Assembly (NCBI GenBank): GCA_038087875.1
Contig: CM075995.1
Location: 248,001-312,000, forward strand
Source: Malacoraja senta
Taxonomy: Eukaryota
DNA: 64,000 nucleotides
Reading direction: 5' to 3'
Position numbers and translations under genes: made by a program. Of this stretch, positions 62,956-64,000 are shown piece by piece; position 1 is the first letter of the stretch; the number at the start of each line of letters is the position of its first letter. Under the pieces are notes generated by a model. The model had not been told where the DNA came from and made no database searches. It saw only the letters and a program-made list of their open reading frames with translations.

Positions 62956-64000
62956 TCCAGGGAAACTCTTCCCAATTTGCATTCATAGTAGGTTCTCCTC
63001 AGGTTTTCATTCATGTCTATAAGTTCATGATCATCATAGATTCAATAAAACATAATTCCCCCACATCATTCATGAGCGCTACACTATTTGGAGTTTAATC
63101 CAGATCTTCGGAAGGCACAAATTCATTACAAAATTTTGAATACCTGCTTGGTATGTGATCGTGCAGATTAAATGACGCCGGGTTGGCACGGTGGTGCAGC
63201 GGTAGAGTTGCTGCCTTACAGCGCCAGAGACCCGGATTTGATCCTGACTACAGGTGCTGTCTGTACTGAGTTTGTACGTTCTCCCCGTTACCACGTAGGT
63301 GTTCTCTGGGCGCTCCGGTTTCCTCCCACACTCCAAAGATGTACAGGTTTGTTGGTTCATTGGCTTAGGTAAAACTGTAAATTGTCCCTAGTCTGTAGGA
63401 TAGTGCTAGTGTACGGGTTGGCGCAGACACGGTGGGCCGAAGGGCTTGTTTCCTCACTGTATCACTAAAGTGTTAAAACCCAATCTTACCCAAAAAAGAC
63501 AGTCACATGTGTACATCTCAGTAGCTGTTGCCAGGAATCAAGGGCCTGAGCTAATAGGAAGAGTTTGAGCAGGCTAGGAGTATGATCAGCCATGATCACA
63601 TTGAATGGTGATGCTGGCTCAAAGGGCCGAATGGCGTACTCCTGTACCTATTGTCTATTGATTTCATTCTTTATAGTCCAGGAGGATGAGGGGTGATTTA
63701 CCGGTGATCGGTAAGTTTTAATGAGGCCCCCCCCTCCCCCTCATCCTTCTAATGTTCTAATCTTTGATCTGCAAAGCTGCTCAGTTGGGTACTGAAGCTG
63801 AGAACTTCCTGGTCTCTGTGGTTCAGTTCCAAATACTGTTGTGTAGATGCCACCCAAGGCATCAGTGGAATAACCTGCTGTCAAGCATAACTTCATGAGA
63901 TTAACTTTAAAAAAATCGGAGCAGTAACTATTGTAAAACTGTACAGTGGCATTGCATTATTACAAATATTTGCAGCTGAGCCTTCAGTTCACCAACATAA

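Overview
Vertebrate genomic DNA, almost certainly from a cartilaginous fish (skate/ray-like). This is inferred from the repeat complement: HE1/V-type tRNA SINEs, HER1/CR1 LINE 3' ends, Rex1/Babar LINEs and Penelope-like elements. The whole window lies inside a minus-strand kinesin-3 gene, KIF13A. Twelve GT-AG exons (61294 down to 655) splice in continuous frame and encode stalk/tail sequence; the gene's start and end lie outside the window. The main finding is in the 15.3-kb intron between the AVTVKEAL and VSNSRTD exons. It holds an uninterrupted 1.1-kb Ty3/Gypsy Gag-derived reading frame (capsid-like domain, coiled coil, degenerate zinc knuckle) on the KIF13A strand. This frame begins exactly at a phase-0 splice acceptor (16331), matches the phase of the upstream KIF13A exon, and ends in TAA followed by AATAAA. 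It therefore looks like a domesticated gag used as an alternative last exon, giving a kinesin-Gag chimeric isoform. Two phase-compatible candidate linker exons lie upstream. A decayed second gag fragment is nearby, and faint, collinear, stop-riddled pol traces (PR, RNase H, IN) lie downstream. The rest is transposon-rich intron, including Penelope pLTRs with minimal hammerhead motifs. Repeat coordinates are approximate and family assignments were made by eye, not by database search.
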